From an uncultured Clostridia bacterium (lineage in GTDB: Bacteria; Bacillota; Clostridia; TANB77; UBA1234), in the NCBI GenBank assembly GCA_947588905.1, contig CANQBB010000001.1, positions 6,789 to 70,788 of the forward strand: a stretch of DNA of 64,000 nt, in the 5' to 3' direction. Shown here piece after piece: positions 37,519-46,966 of this stretch. Under the pieces are notes generated by a model that worked only from the letters and a program-made list of their open reading frames with translations, did no database searches and was not told the origin of the DNA. The position numbers were made by a program, and so were the translations under genes. Every line of letters begins with the position of its first letter. Positions within the stretch are counted from its first letter, which is position 1.

Positions 37519-38292
37519 TTATTTACCTCCCAAAAAATTTTCTACAATTAAATTATATTTTGCTGAAGAATCTAAGTAAGAAAAATGACCAGCATTTTCT
37601 AAAATAACAAGACCACTATCTGCAATTTCTTTTTCCATTATTTTAGCCATATAAACTGGCGTTTCTGTATCATTTTCTCCCCAAATAAGCAATGTTGGTC
37701 TTTTTATAAGTTTTAGTTTGTCTGTTAAATCTAAGTTTATAACTTTATTAAAAGTTTCCCTCATCACATCTGATTGTATCATTGAATAGTCACTAGAGCC
37801 ATACTTTTTTCTTAACTTATCTAATTTTTTCTCATATTGTTGCTTTGAAGAAAATATTTTCAATAAAACTTTGCCTAATTTATAACTTCTTATTTTAATC
37901 CATTTTTTTAATGAAGTTTTCTTTTTAATTCCAGCAGCATCTGTTAAAATAATTTTATCAAATAAATCTTGATATTTTGATGCTAAATAAATTATAACCC
38001 TTCCACCAAATGAATGTCCTATAACATCAGGTTTTGATATATTTAATTTTTCCATAAACTCTTTAACCATCTCTGAATATTCTGGTACTCCCCAAGCAGA
38101 AGTAAGCATTCCACTTTTTCCGCCCTGTCCAGGAAAATCTAAAACTATAACTTTTTTATATTTCATAAAATATTGCCATATTGGAGCCATAGCAGGAATA
38201 GAACCCATCCAACCATGTAATATTAAAAGAGGTTTTTCTCCATCTCCAAAAATTTCATAATTTATGTCAATATCTTTAATATTTATAACCAT
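37519..38292 (-). CDS. Alpha/beta-hydrolase fold protein
   Basis: GHSFGG nucleophile elbow, HGW, C-terminal AGH. 257 aa. Its stop abuts the MurF-like start. Confidence 0.6.
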   Translation of the reverse strand: MVINIKDIDINYEIFGDGEKPLLILHGWMGSIPAMAPIWQYFMKYKKVIVLDFPGQGGKSGMLTSAWGVPEYSEMVKEFMEKLNISKPDVIGHSFGGRVIIYLASKYQDLFDKIILTDAAGIKKKTSLKKWIKIRSYKLGKVLLKIFSSKQQYEKKLDKLRKKYGSSDYSMIQSDVMRETFNKVINLDLTDKLKLIKRPTLLIWGENDTETPVYMAKIMEKEIADSGLVILENAGHFSYLDSSAKYNLIVENFLGGK

Positions 38293-38588
38293 ACTTCCTC
38301 CATAATAATATAAGTATGCTTATATTTTATTCTTAATACTCATAAAAAGCAAATAAATTCCAACAAAAAAACTGCCAATCTTAAAAAAGATTTGCAGTAG
38401 TCCGTAAAATCGGATTATAAACTCTTTACTACTTGTCATAAAAGTAGATAACCAAGAAAAAAGAGAAATATCCAGTAATATGTTAAGTTTTAAGTTAATC
38501 TTTTAAATATGTAATATAGTTACTGCTTTCTTCTGTAAAAGTTTCTAAAACCTTTCCATTTTTTATTGCTTTGTGAGTTACAACGAGC

Positions 38589-38942
38589 TTATATGTGTAG
38601 CCAGCAGGCACCACTTGATCTGTCGAGTATCCGGCAAATAGCCTCTCCTTGATCTTCATAATGCATAATTTCTTTCCATTTACCACTATTTAATTGTTGA
38701 AGACTAATATATACATAAGCATCTATGCCTCTTGGTGTTGTTGTAGTGCCACCAATAGATATCATATATTCAATATCTGTTTTTTGAAATAAAAGACCAC
38801 ATGTATTTAAATATGACCAATTAGGTCTGGCTACACCAATACCAGGATTTGGGGCTGCAGCAAATGAAGTTACACCAAAAGATATAACTACTACATTTAA
38901 AACTACAACTGTTATAATTCTAAGTAATGTATTTTTCTTCAT
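38589..38942 (-). CDS. Small secreted protein (117 aa), possibly frameshifted with the overlapping ORF 38495-38686
   Basis: Signal peptide MKKNTLLRIITVVVLNVVVISFGVTSFAA. A second overlapping ORF continues in another frame. Confidence 0.3.
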   Translation of the reverse strand: MKKNTLLRIITVVVLNVVVISFGVTSFAAAPNPGIGVARPNWSYLNTCGLLFQKTDIEYMISIGGTTTTPRGIDAYVYISLQQLNSGKWKEIMHYEDQGEAICRILDRSSGACWLHI

Positions 38943-39005
38943 TTGTTTCTCCGCTGTAACTACTTGGTTACAATATGATAACTTTTAATCATCACATTGT
39001 GGGAC

Positions 39006-39735
39006 TTATTCTTCTTTAATTTCTATTTTTTTTGCCATTTCTAACATATCTTCTTTATTTCCATTTGTTGATAAAATTTGAAAAAAATTATTTTCTTGCC
39101 AATATAAAAGTTTAACAGAATCATTTTCTGAATAAATCATATCTTTATCACCTTCTATATACTCTGTAAATTCTCCACTTTCTGAATTCATCGAATGTTC
39201 CCATCCTTTTGTATTAATTTCAAAACTTATATAACATTCTGGTTCCTCAATTGAATAAAAAAATATCAGTTCTTTATCTTTCAATTTTATTGAATTTGCA
39301 AACCTAAACTCTTGTGGTATATAGCCAAAATATATATTATCAACTAAACATGTTTTATCTTCATCAATTTTATTGTAAATTATTTTACTATATTCATCTT
39401 TTATACTTAAAAAACAATTTATAATACTATCTCTAAATGCTCCGACATGTTGTAAACGCAACACCAGAAACTAAAATTACTGCAACAGCAACCACCGCAA
39501 CTCTTTTCATAATTCTATATCTATTAGGTTTATTTTCTGCTCGTCTTGCTTTTGAAAAAATCTCTTCCATTTTTTTATTATGTTCTTCTGAAAATTCAAC
39601 TTCTGGAGCTTCTTCAACCTTCTCATTTACAATGTCCTTTATTATCTGAGGTTTTGCCTCATCTATCAAATCATCTATTATTTTTTCGAACATCTTTTTT
39701 TCCATCATCTTGCACTTCCTTTCCCAATGCTCCAA
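39006..39735 (-). CDS. Anti-sigma factor, apparently split by a frameshift: cytoplasmic N-terminus plus TM (39433-39735) and an extracytoplasmic domain (39006-39464)
   Basis: The 100-aa ORF ends in the TM helix VAVVAVAVILVSGVAF. The 152-aa ORF overlaps it by 32 nt in another frame. It sits directly downstream of the ECF sigma gene. Confidence 0.35.
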
Positions 39736-40252
39736 GTAATTTATTTTTTGCTCTTGTCATTCTCTTTTTTAAAGTTTCATAATTTACATTTAATAAAGCC
39801 ATCGTCTGCTCTCTAGAATATCCATAAATTCTTTCAAGTAATATAATGTCTCTATAAATTTCAGGTAAATTATTTATTTCATTTGCAATTTTATTTGATG
39901 ATTCCTTATCTATAACAATATCTGTGACTTCTTTGTTTGATACATTAGGTGTATCATCTGTTTCAAATATTTCAAAAATATCTTCTTGATTATTTAAATA
40001 TAATCTCTTTTTATAAATATCTTTCGCAACATTTCTTACAACTATTTTTAAAAACTTACATGTCATTGCAGGCTCTTCATCTACAATTTTGTCTACAAAT
40101 CCTGTTATTCTAGTAAAAGCCTGTTGCACTGCATCTTCTGCCTCCTGAGTATCATGTAAAATATTATAAGCCTCGTTGTACATAATATTTTTATAACTCC
40201 AATATAATTTTTCAAGTTTAGATAAATCTTTTTTGTCTTTGGACTTAAACAC
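39671..40252 (-). CDS. ECF-type sigma-70 family sigma factor
   Basis: Region 2 (AEDAVQQAFTRI...) and region 4 (SREQTMALLNVNYETLKKRMTRAKNKL). Confidence 0.65.
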   Translation of the reverse strand: MFKSKDKKDLSKLEKLYWSYKNIMYNEAYNILHDTQEAEDAVQQAFTRITGFVDKIVDEEPAMTCKFLKIVVRNVAKDIYKKRLYLNNQEDIFEIFETDDTPNVSNKEVTDIVIDKESSNKIANEINNLPEIYRDIILLERIYGYSREQTMALLNVNYETLKKRMTRAKNKLLGALGKEVQDDGKKDVRKNNR

Positions 40253-40391
40253 AACTATTCCTCCATCTCATACTACATTTTAATTGTGATTAACACGTTT
40301 CCAAATTATTTACTTAAAGTTAAATAAATTATAACAATTAGTTTAGCATTATGCATATCCATTTTCAAGTAATGAATTTGCAATACGCACT

Positions 40392-41000
40392 TTATTTATG
40401 CTTAACTACTTTGCTTCTTTGACCTTTCTTTGATTTTTTAGATTTTTCATTTTTCTTATTTACAGCTTTATTATTTTTAGATGTTTTCTTATCATCACTA
40501 TTTTTCTTATTTTTACCCCAACTAAAAAAGTGATGTTTTTTCTCTTGTTTGGTAGCAATTTGAATTCTTTGTTCAATTTCTTCAAGTTCAGATTTCCTGC
40601 TTGATACCCTTTCTTCTAATACAACAATTTCCTTTTCTAAAGCAATTCTTTTCATATCTAATTCTTCAAGTTTAATAAGAAAAGCCTCAGACATATTATC
40701 AAAATACTGTCTTCTATCAGTAAATTCTTCATATAATCTCTCGTAATCTCTTTTATTTCTTTCATCATATTCCGCTTGCATTTTATCCATTTTTTCTTGT
40801 AACTCTGAAATATTTTTTCTAAGTTCTTTCTTTTTCTCTCTTTCTTTTCTTCTATATAAATTTTCTAATTCAGCTAAATCGAACTTTAACTCTTGTCTTT
40901 TTCTATATGTATTTCTCAAAAAATTTCTGTAAGCATTATCATTTAATGCCGTATTTATATACCTAACAAAGAATTTCTTTAGGTAAACTATTATCTTCAT
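40392..41000 (-). CDS. Coiled-coil protein with a highly basic Lys-rich C-terminal tail
   Basis: ATG at 41000 with GGAGTGG RBS. Heptad-like E/K/R repeats. C-terminal KKNEKSKKSKKGQRSK. Confidence 0.4.
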   Translation of the reverse strand: MKIIVYLKKFFVRYINTALNDNAYRNFLRNTYRKRQELKFDLAELENLYRRKEREKKKELRKNISELQEKMDKMQAEYDERNKRDYERLYEEFTDRRQYFDNMSEAFLIKLEELDMKRIALEKEIVVLEERVSSRKSELEEIEQRIQIATKQEKKHHFFSWGKNKKNSDDKKTSKNNKAVNKKNEKSKKSKKGQRSKVVKHK

Positions 41001-41172
41001 TTCTACCACTCCAATCAATTTTTAGATGCGACAACATCATAATATAAACTTTAAAATTTGATTTTTAGGGACATAAAGATAATATTTATATAAAAAAGAC
41101 TTTTATGAAATACTGCTAAGTGTTAGATTTTTCTAGCCTTTTTAGCTTCATTCATAAAAGTCTTTATATAAT

Positions 41173-41367
41173 TTATTCAAATTCCGAAAATAAATATTCT
41201 ACCGTATTATTCAATTTTCTAGAAATAATTATAGCTTCTTTTACAGTTGTTGCAACTTTTCCAATTTCTTTTTTATAATAAGTTGCAGGAGTCTTAGAAA
41301 TTAAAATAGACATATCATTTATCGTTAACCCAGCAATTTTTCGCACCAGTTCTAAATTTTTATACAT
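41173..41367 (-). CDS. Cro-like small HTH protein
   Basis: ATG at 41367 with GGAGGTG RBS. Roughly 65 aa. Divergent from the cI-like gene. Confidence 0.4.
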   Translation of the reverse strand: MYKNLELVRKIAGLTINDMSILISKTPATYYKKEIGKVATTVKEAIIISRKLNNTVEYLFSEFE

Positions 41368-41509
41368 AAAAATCACCTCCAATTGTAAATTATTTTATTT
41401 CATAAAATGAAACGTGTCAATATATTTTTAAAATATAAGCACATAATATGAAAAAAGTATGTTTCTTTCATCATATGAAAGTTATAATAGGTTTAAGGAG
41501 GGTCATACC

Positions 41510-41851
41510 ATGGATAGTAAAAGTATTTTAAGTCAAAGGATGAAAAAACTTAGAAAAGAATTAGGATATACACAAGAATATGTTGCAAAGAAATTAAATA
41601 TTTCAATAGCTGCTTTATCTCGCTATGAAACTGGAGCATTTGAACCTAAGTCAGTTGATTTAATAGTTGACTTAGCTTTACTTTATAAAGTTTCAACTGA
41701 TTATTTGCTTGGAAAAACAGATGCAAGAAATCCAGAAATGGATTTTGATAAATTAGATATTGGTTTGTCTAGTAAAACATATGATTCTTTAACAGAATCT
41801 CAAAAAAATAAAATTAGAAAAATTATAGCCATACTAGTTGCAGAAGAATAA
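41510..41851 (+). CDS. XRE-family (cI-like) HTH transcriptional repressor
   Basis: AAGGAGGG RBS. HTH LGYTQEYVAKKLNISIAALSRYETG. Confidence 0.7.
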   Translation: MDSKSILSQRMKKLRKELGYTQEYVAKKLNISIAALSRYETGAFEPKSVDLIVDLALLYKVSTDYLLGKTDARNPEMDFDKLDIGLSSKTYDSLTESQKNKIRKIIAILVAEE

Positions 41852-42004
41852 AACAATATTAAATAGATTTTCAAGAGTTGCTCCTCTTTTTAGCAGTTTT
41901 TTACAAAAATTTATTATTTTTTAATAAGCTTGATATCATCATGCAAATATTATATATTAAGAAAAATAAAGTGGGTCAAATATTTGAATAACAAGGAGAA
42001 AATA

Positions 42005-42944
42005 ATGGAAGAAAATAAAAATGAAATTATAATTTTTGAAAATCAAAATGTAAAACTAGAAGTTAATATGAAAGATGAAACCGTTTGGCTTACTCAAGAA
42101 CAGATGTCTGAATTATTCGATAGAGACCAATCAGTTATATCAAGACATATAAAAAATATATTTAAAGAAAATGAATTAGATGAAAAAAGCAATATGCAAA
42201 AAATGCAAATTCCAAATTCTGACAAATTAGTTGCACTTTATACTCTTGATGTAATCATTTCTGTTGGCTATCGTGTTAAATCACAAAATGGTGTTATTTT
42301 TAGAAAATGGGCTACTTCTATTTTAAAAGATTATATGTTAAAAGGTTATGCTGCTAACCAAAAACGTTTAGCTTATCTTGAAAAAACAATTAAACTAATT
42401 GATATTGCAAACAGAATAGATGATCGTCTGCAAAGCGAAGATGCAAAAGAAATATTAAAAGTAATAGGTACATATTCAAAGGCTTTAAACTTATTAGATG
42501 CCTATGACCATGGCACATTAAATAAATTAAATGGCAATTTAAATGATAAAATGATAACTTATGAAGAATGTATTGATATAATTAAAAAACTTCGATTTAG
42601 TCAAGAAAGTACACTATTTGCTATTGAAAGAGATTTTGGATTACAATCAATCATAAATGACATTTATCAATCTTTTAATCGGTGAATATCTATATAAAAG
42701 TGTAGAAGAAAAAGGAGCAAACTTTTTATATTTAATTGTAAAAAATCATGTATTTGCAGATGGAAATAAACGTATTGCAGCTACTTTATTTATTTTCTTT
42801 TTAAACTTTTATAATATTCTATATAAAAATAACAAACAAGTAATTGATAGCAATACATTAGTAGCATTAACACTTCTAATTGCAGAATCTAAACCACAAG
42901 AAAAAGATGTAATAATAGATTTAATCATGAACTTTTTAATTTAA
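42005..42944 (+). pseudogene. RhuM-family virulence protein with a C-terminal Fic/Doc domain, split by a frameshift near 42657-42685
   Basis: RhuM-like N-terminus (ENQNVKLEVNMKDETVWLTQEQMSELFDRDQSVISRHIKNIF). Fic motif HVFADGNKR lies in the overlapping +1-frame ORF 42657-42944. Confidence 0.5.
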
Positions 42945-43015
42945 CAACTTTTTATTATAAAAAGATAACGTATCAACTTGGTGGAAGGCACGTTATCTCC
43001 TTATAAACAAAAATA

Positions 43016-43050
43016 AAACTCTAGCAACTTATTGATATTGCTAGAGTTTC
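43016..43050 (-). terminator. Rho-independent terminator after tRNA-Arg (aaactctagcaa...ttgctagagttt)
   Basis: 12-bp perfect inverted repeat plus a T-run. Same family as the 13977-14012 hairpin. Confidence 0.5.
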
Positions 43051-43063
43051 TTTATTTTTGTAT

Positions 43064-43140
<77 letters not shown>

Positions 43141-43275
43141 ATGCCGATAACACAAAATATAATACCATCATTTAAACTAATTGTCAATATTATTCCAAAC
43201 ATTTCTTACTAAATAAAATCTGTCTCTTCTTTATATAAAATATACTAAAAAAGAGTGGCAAAAGCCACTCTTTTT

Positions 43276-43989
43276 TTATCCTGCAGCAAGTGCAGTCCAT
43301 GGGATACATCCCACATATTCGCTCTTAGCAGCAATGAAACACGAGGCCCACGGTTTGCTGTTTGTATCAAACATATAACACCATACATCAAATGTGTCGC
43401 CCTTATGTGCAACACCAATTTGTGCTGAATCTTTACTTGCTTCGTCAAATATTGCAACCTCATCAGCAGTAACAACAACTCGTCCAGTCAATTTAGGTAG
43501 TTTGTTTGAATTCTTTATATCTCTAATAGAAATATATCCAATCTCAAAAGCTCCATCTTTTTGATACATGATTTCTGCCCAAAGTTCGCCATCATCAGAC
43601 GGATAAAGTCCCATTACTTTAATCTGTTTTCCTGCTGGAATTTCGCTAACGATTTCCGAATCGGACAATGCAAACATTCTAACCTTTGCATCGTTTTCTA
43701 TGGTTACTGTAATCGTTGCAAGAACCCAATCTGATGGATCATCAAAATCCCACACAGAAGCATCATCTTCAAACTCAGGCTCAAACTCATCCATCCAGTC
43801 AAAGCCTTCATCCCAACCACCAGATTCGCCAGTCCAATCTACTTCTCCATTCCAGATAGCCTCTTCAATGACCATGCCTTCTCCGTTCCATGAAAGGTCA
43901 TCTGTGAAAAACCCTTCTGCCAAGCAGGAAACCGAAAGAACGACCATGAGCACGACAGTCATGAGCACAGTTGCCAGCTTCTTAATCAT
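43276..43989 (-). CDS. Secreted protein with an acidic Trp-rich region and SH3b-like domains, within the high-GC insert
   Basis: Signal peptide MIKKLATVLMTVVLMVVLSVSCLA. W/D/E-rich repeats. SH3b-like GELWAEIMYQKDGAFEIGYISIRDI. GGGAGGG RBS. Confidence 0.55.
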   Translation of the reverse strand: MIKKLATVLMTVVLMVVLSVSCLAEGFFTDDLSWNGEGMVIEEAIWNGEVDWTGESGGWDEGFDWMDEFEPEFEDDASVWDFDDPSDWVLATITVTIENDAKVRMFALSDSEIVSEIPAGKQIKVMGLYPSDDGELWAEIMYQKDGAFEIGYISIRDIKNSNKLPKLTGRVVVTADEVAIFDEASKDSAQIGVAHKGDTFDVWCYMFDTNSKPWASCFIAAKSEYVGCIPWTALAAG

Positions 43990-44138
43990 GAAACTAACCC
44001 TCCCAATTTTTTATTGCCAAATTATTGTATCATAGTTGTTTTGTTATGTCAACTGTATTTTGATAAGCTCTACCTCAAAAAAATAATTTTCTAACTATAC
44101 AAAAAAGAGGGGGCGGTTTTCTCACCGCCCCCAAGAAA

Positions 44139-44879
44139 CTAGTCTACTTTCTCAAGATACAGGCACGAGACGAACCCATGCGTATCCCAGCCACTTTCGA
44201 CGTAGCCCCAGAGCCTTCCATCAGAGCTAAAGTAGTAGCCACTAATGGTAAGCTCCGTGCCATTTACGATAGTGCCAATGTCACGCGAGGTTATAAGAGG
44301 CTCCTCGCGCAAGTTCAAACGGCCTCCAATCACCCGCATATGGACTCCAATTTCAGGCAGAGCATAGTTGAAGTCCAGGTTCTGGAGATACTTCATGGAC
44401 ACATATCCATGAGCATAGTTGCAGTCAATTTCTGCCCAAATGCGTCCATCGGTCGTCGGATAGAAACCCAGCACATCAATGTTCGTACCGTTCTCCAGCA
44501 CGAACATCACGTCACTCTCAATGTCGGGTTTCTGCCTTACATTAACGTCACCACCAGTTACCTGCATGGGAACGACTACGGTTTGTACATCTTCGTCAGC
44601 ATACTCTGACTCGAAAGCCAGGTATTTGTCGGAGATGTACCCTTTCTGACCGCAGAAATCAATCCGCGCCCAAGCACGTCCATCCCAGGTGTACATGAAG
44701 TCTTCCACGTACACTTCGGTATCCGGAGGCAGGGTTCCAATCACTTCCGCATTGATAGCGGAATCCGACCTAACATTAACGTTGCCCGTTGTCCAGGCAA
44801 CTTCAGCGAAAGCCGTCAATCCCATCATCAAAATCGCACACACCACTGCAAGCACCATCGTCATCCGAAGCTTTTTCAT
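44139..44879 (-). CDS. Secreted protein with three bacterial SH3 (SH3b) repeats, within the high-GC insert
   Basis: ATG at 44879 with GGAGG RBS. Signal peptide. Three repeats of ...NVR...G..V.V...W..I...G..GY(I/V)S.KYL. Flanked by GC-rich terminator hairpins at 44101-44140 and 43246-43275. Confidence 0.55.
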   Translation of the reverse strand: MKKLRMTMVLAVVCAILMMGLTAFAEVAWTTGNVNVRSDSAINAEVIGTLPPDTEVYVEDFMYTWDGRAWARIDFCGQKGYISDKYLAFESEYADEDVQTVVVPMQVTGGDVNVRQKPDIESDVMFVLENGTNIDVLGFYPTTDGRIWAEIDCNYAHGYVSMKYLQNLDFNYALPEIGVHMRVIGGRLNLREEPLITSRDIGTIVNGTELTISGYYFSSDGRLWGYVESGWDTHGFVSCLYLEKVD

Positions 44880-44954
44880 TATAAAACCTCCTTTAATCGT
44901 CACTCTTAGTTTCCCAAATATTATTATACCACATTTTGTAAACTAGCTCAACTA

Positions 44955-46283
44955 CTAATCAATAATATCCAATATTTCTTTATAGTTTTCTACTTGGGTT
45001 TTTGAAAATTTATAAGAGTTTCTCAAATACTCAACCTGCATAAGTCCTTTAGTCTCATCATTCGAATAAATATACATTATAGGCTCTCCAGATTTAACTT
45101 CATCGCCAATCTTTTTTACTACTTCAATTCCTACATCATAGTCAACTGTATCATCTTTTTTCAACCTACCTCCACCAAGATTAACAACTGCTTGACCTAT
45201 ATTTTTTGCTTCTATTTCTGATACAAATCCATCTACTACACTATTTACAGGAATTTTATATTTTGCTTTTACTAATATATCTGGGTCATCAACAACTCTT
45301 GATTCTCCCCATTGCCTACTAATAAGTTCCTTAAATTTGGCTAATCCTTCTCTATTATCAATTTGATTTTGAATTAACTTTATATTCGTAACTATATTTT
45401 CGCCTTTGCCTGCTAATTTAAGCATATATGCACCAAGTAAGCCACATACATTTACAACATCTTTCTCTCCTTTTCCCGAAAGAATATCAATTGCTTCTTT
45501 TGTTTCCAGTGCATTACCACAAAATCTTCCTAAAGGTTGATTCATATTAGTTATTACTGCAATCGTCTCTTTACCTGCCATTTTACCTATGCTGACCATA
45601 GTTTGTGCCAATTTTCTTGCTCTAATTTCATTTTCCATAAAGGCACCACTTCCACAAGTAACTTCAAGTAAAATCTTATCTGCTCCGGCAGCAAGTTTTT
45701 TACTCATAATACTAGATGCTATAAGTGGTATGCTTTCAACTGTTCCAGTTACATCTCTAAGTGCATAAAGTTTTTTATCTGCGACTGCAATATTTTCTGA
45801 TTGCCCCATCAGCGCAATACCAATTCTTTTTACATTTCTAATAAACTCATCCATTTCTAAGTTCGTTCTAAAACCTGGAATTGAATCAAGTTTATCTACT
45901 GTTCCTTGCGTATATCCAAGCCCTCTACCTGACATCTTTGCGACAGGAACTCCTAAGCTTGCAACTAAAGGCATTACAACCATTGTAACTTTATCTCCAA
46001 TTCCACCTGTGCTATGTTTATCAACTTTTATTCCTGGTATCTCAGATAAATCAACAATTTCTCCCGAGCGAGCCATTGCAAGAGTTAAGTTAAGAATTTC
46101 CGCCTCAGACATACCATTTAAATATATTGCCATAAGCAAACTAGATGCTTGATAGTCTGGGATATTGCCTTTTGAATATTCCTCAACAAAAAAGTTAATT
46201 TCTTGTTCTGTAAGTTCCTTACAGTCCCTTTTAGCTTTAATAATCTCATTTATATTCATAACTTCACTCCTTCCTACAATCAA
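44955..46283 (-). CDS. pdp: Pyrimidine-nucleoside (thymidine) phosphorylase
   Basis: KHSTGGIGDKVT motif, GRGLGYTQGT, C-terminal PYNP domain. 442 aa. Confidence 0.8.
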   Translation of the reverse strand: MIVGRSEVMNINEIIKAKRDCKELTEQEINFFVEEYSKGNIPDYQASSLLMAIYLNGMSEAEILNLTLAMARSGEIVDLSEIPGIKVDKHSTGGIGDKVTMVVMPLVASLGVPVAKMSGRGLGYTQGTVDKLDSIPGFRTNLEMDEFIRNVKRIGIALMGQSENIAVADKKLYALRDVTGTVESIPLIASSIMSKKLAAGADKILLEVTCGSGAFMENEIRARKLAQTMVSIGKMAGKETIAVITNMNQPLGRFCGNALETKEAIDILSGKGEKDVVNVCGLLGAYMLKLAGKGENIVTNIKLIQNQIDNREGLAKFKELISRQWGESRVVDDPDILVKAKYKIPVNSVVDGFVSEIEAKNIGQAVVNLGGGRLKKDDTVDYDVGIEVVKKIGDEVKSGEPIMYIYSNDETKGLMQVEYLRNSYKFSKTQVENYKEILDIID

Positions 46284-46807
46284 GTAGTTATATATTCTTT
46301 AATTTTATTGAATTTACTTTCCCCTATACCTGATACATTCATTATATCTTCAACACTATTAAAATATCCATTTTCTTCTCTGTAGTCAATAATCTTTTGT
46401 GCTGTACTTTCTCCAACTCCATTTAAAGACATCAGCTTTTCTTTTGAAGCAGTATTGATATTAACGAGCCCACTTTCTTCATTATCTTCAGCTTCTTCTT
46501 CAAATTCTATTTTAGCTGGAATTACGATTTTTTGTTCATCACTAACAATTGTAGCTAAATTCACTCTCGAAAGATCTGCTTCATAAGTTTCTCCACCAGC
46601 CTCTTCAATGACTTCATAAATCCTAGTTCCATATTTTACTTTAATAAGACCTGGCTCATTGACACACCCTTCCACATGAACATATATGTAATCTTCTATT
46701 TCCTTATCTTCTACAACAACTTCATTTTTAGGAAATAGAACATAGCCCAGAATAGTTAAAATAATAAAGATAATTAGTGCTAATGCACATTTAACTTTAT
46801 TATTCAT
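46280..46807 (-). CDS. comEA: ComEA-family competence protein (SLBB plus helix-hairpin-helix DNA-binding domain)
   Basis: TM anchor. C-terminal VNINTASKEKLMSLNGVGESTAQKIIDYREENGYFNSVEDIMNVSGIG. Confidence 0.75.
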   Translation of the reverse strand: MNNKVKCALALIIFIILTILGYVLFPKNEVVVEDKEIEDYIYVHVEGCVNEPGLIKVKYGTRIYEVIEEAGGETYEADLSRVNLATIVSDEQKIVIPAKIEFEEEAEDNEESGLVNINTASKEKLMSLNGVGESTAQKIIDYREENGYFNSVEDIMNVSGIGESKFNKIKEYITT

Positions 46808-46966
46808 AATTATTCCTCCTCGCCCTCATTATATAAAAAATTCCCTCAAAAAGCAATTATATTTTACTTAGTATAATTACTTAAATTTACTAATTTTTCA
46901 CATTTTAATTCACATATAACTTGCATATTTGTATATATTTATATAAAATGTCTTTGGGAGGAATAT

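Noticed and set aside
43245-44035. ORFs 43245-43478 (-) and 43700-44035 (+) overlapping the SH3b gene
   Set aside because: Alternative frames of the high-GC insert. High GC inflates spurious ORF length. The signal-peptide/SH3b frame is the supported one.
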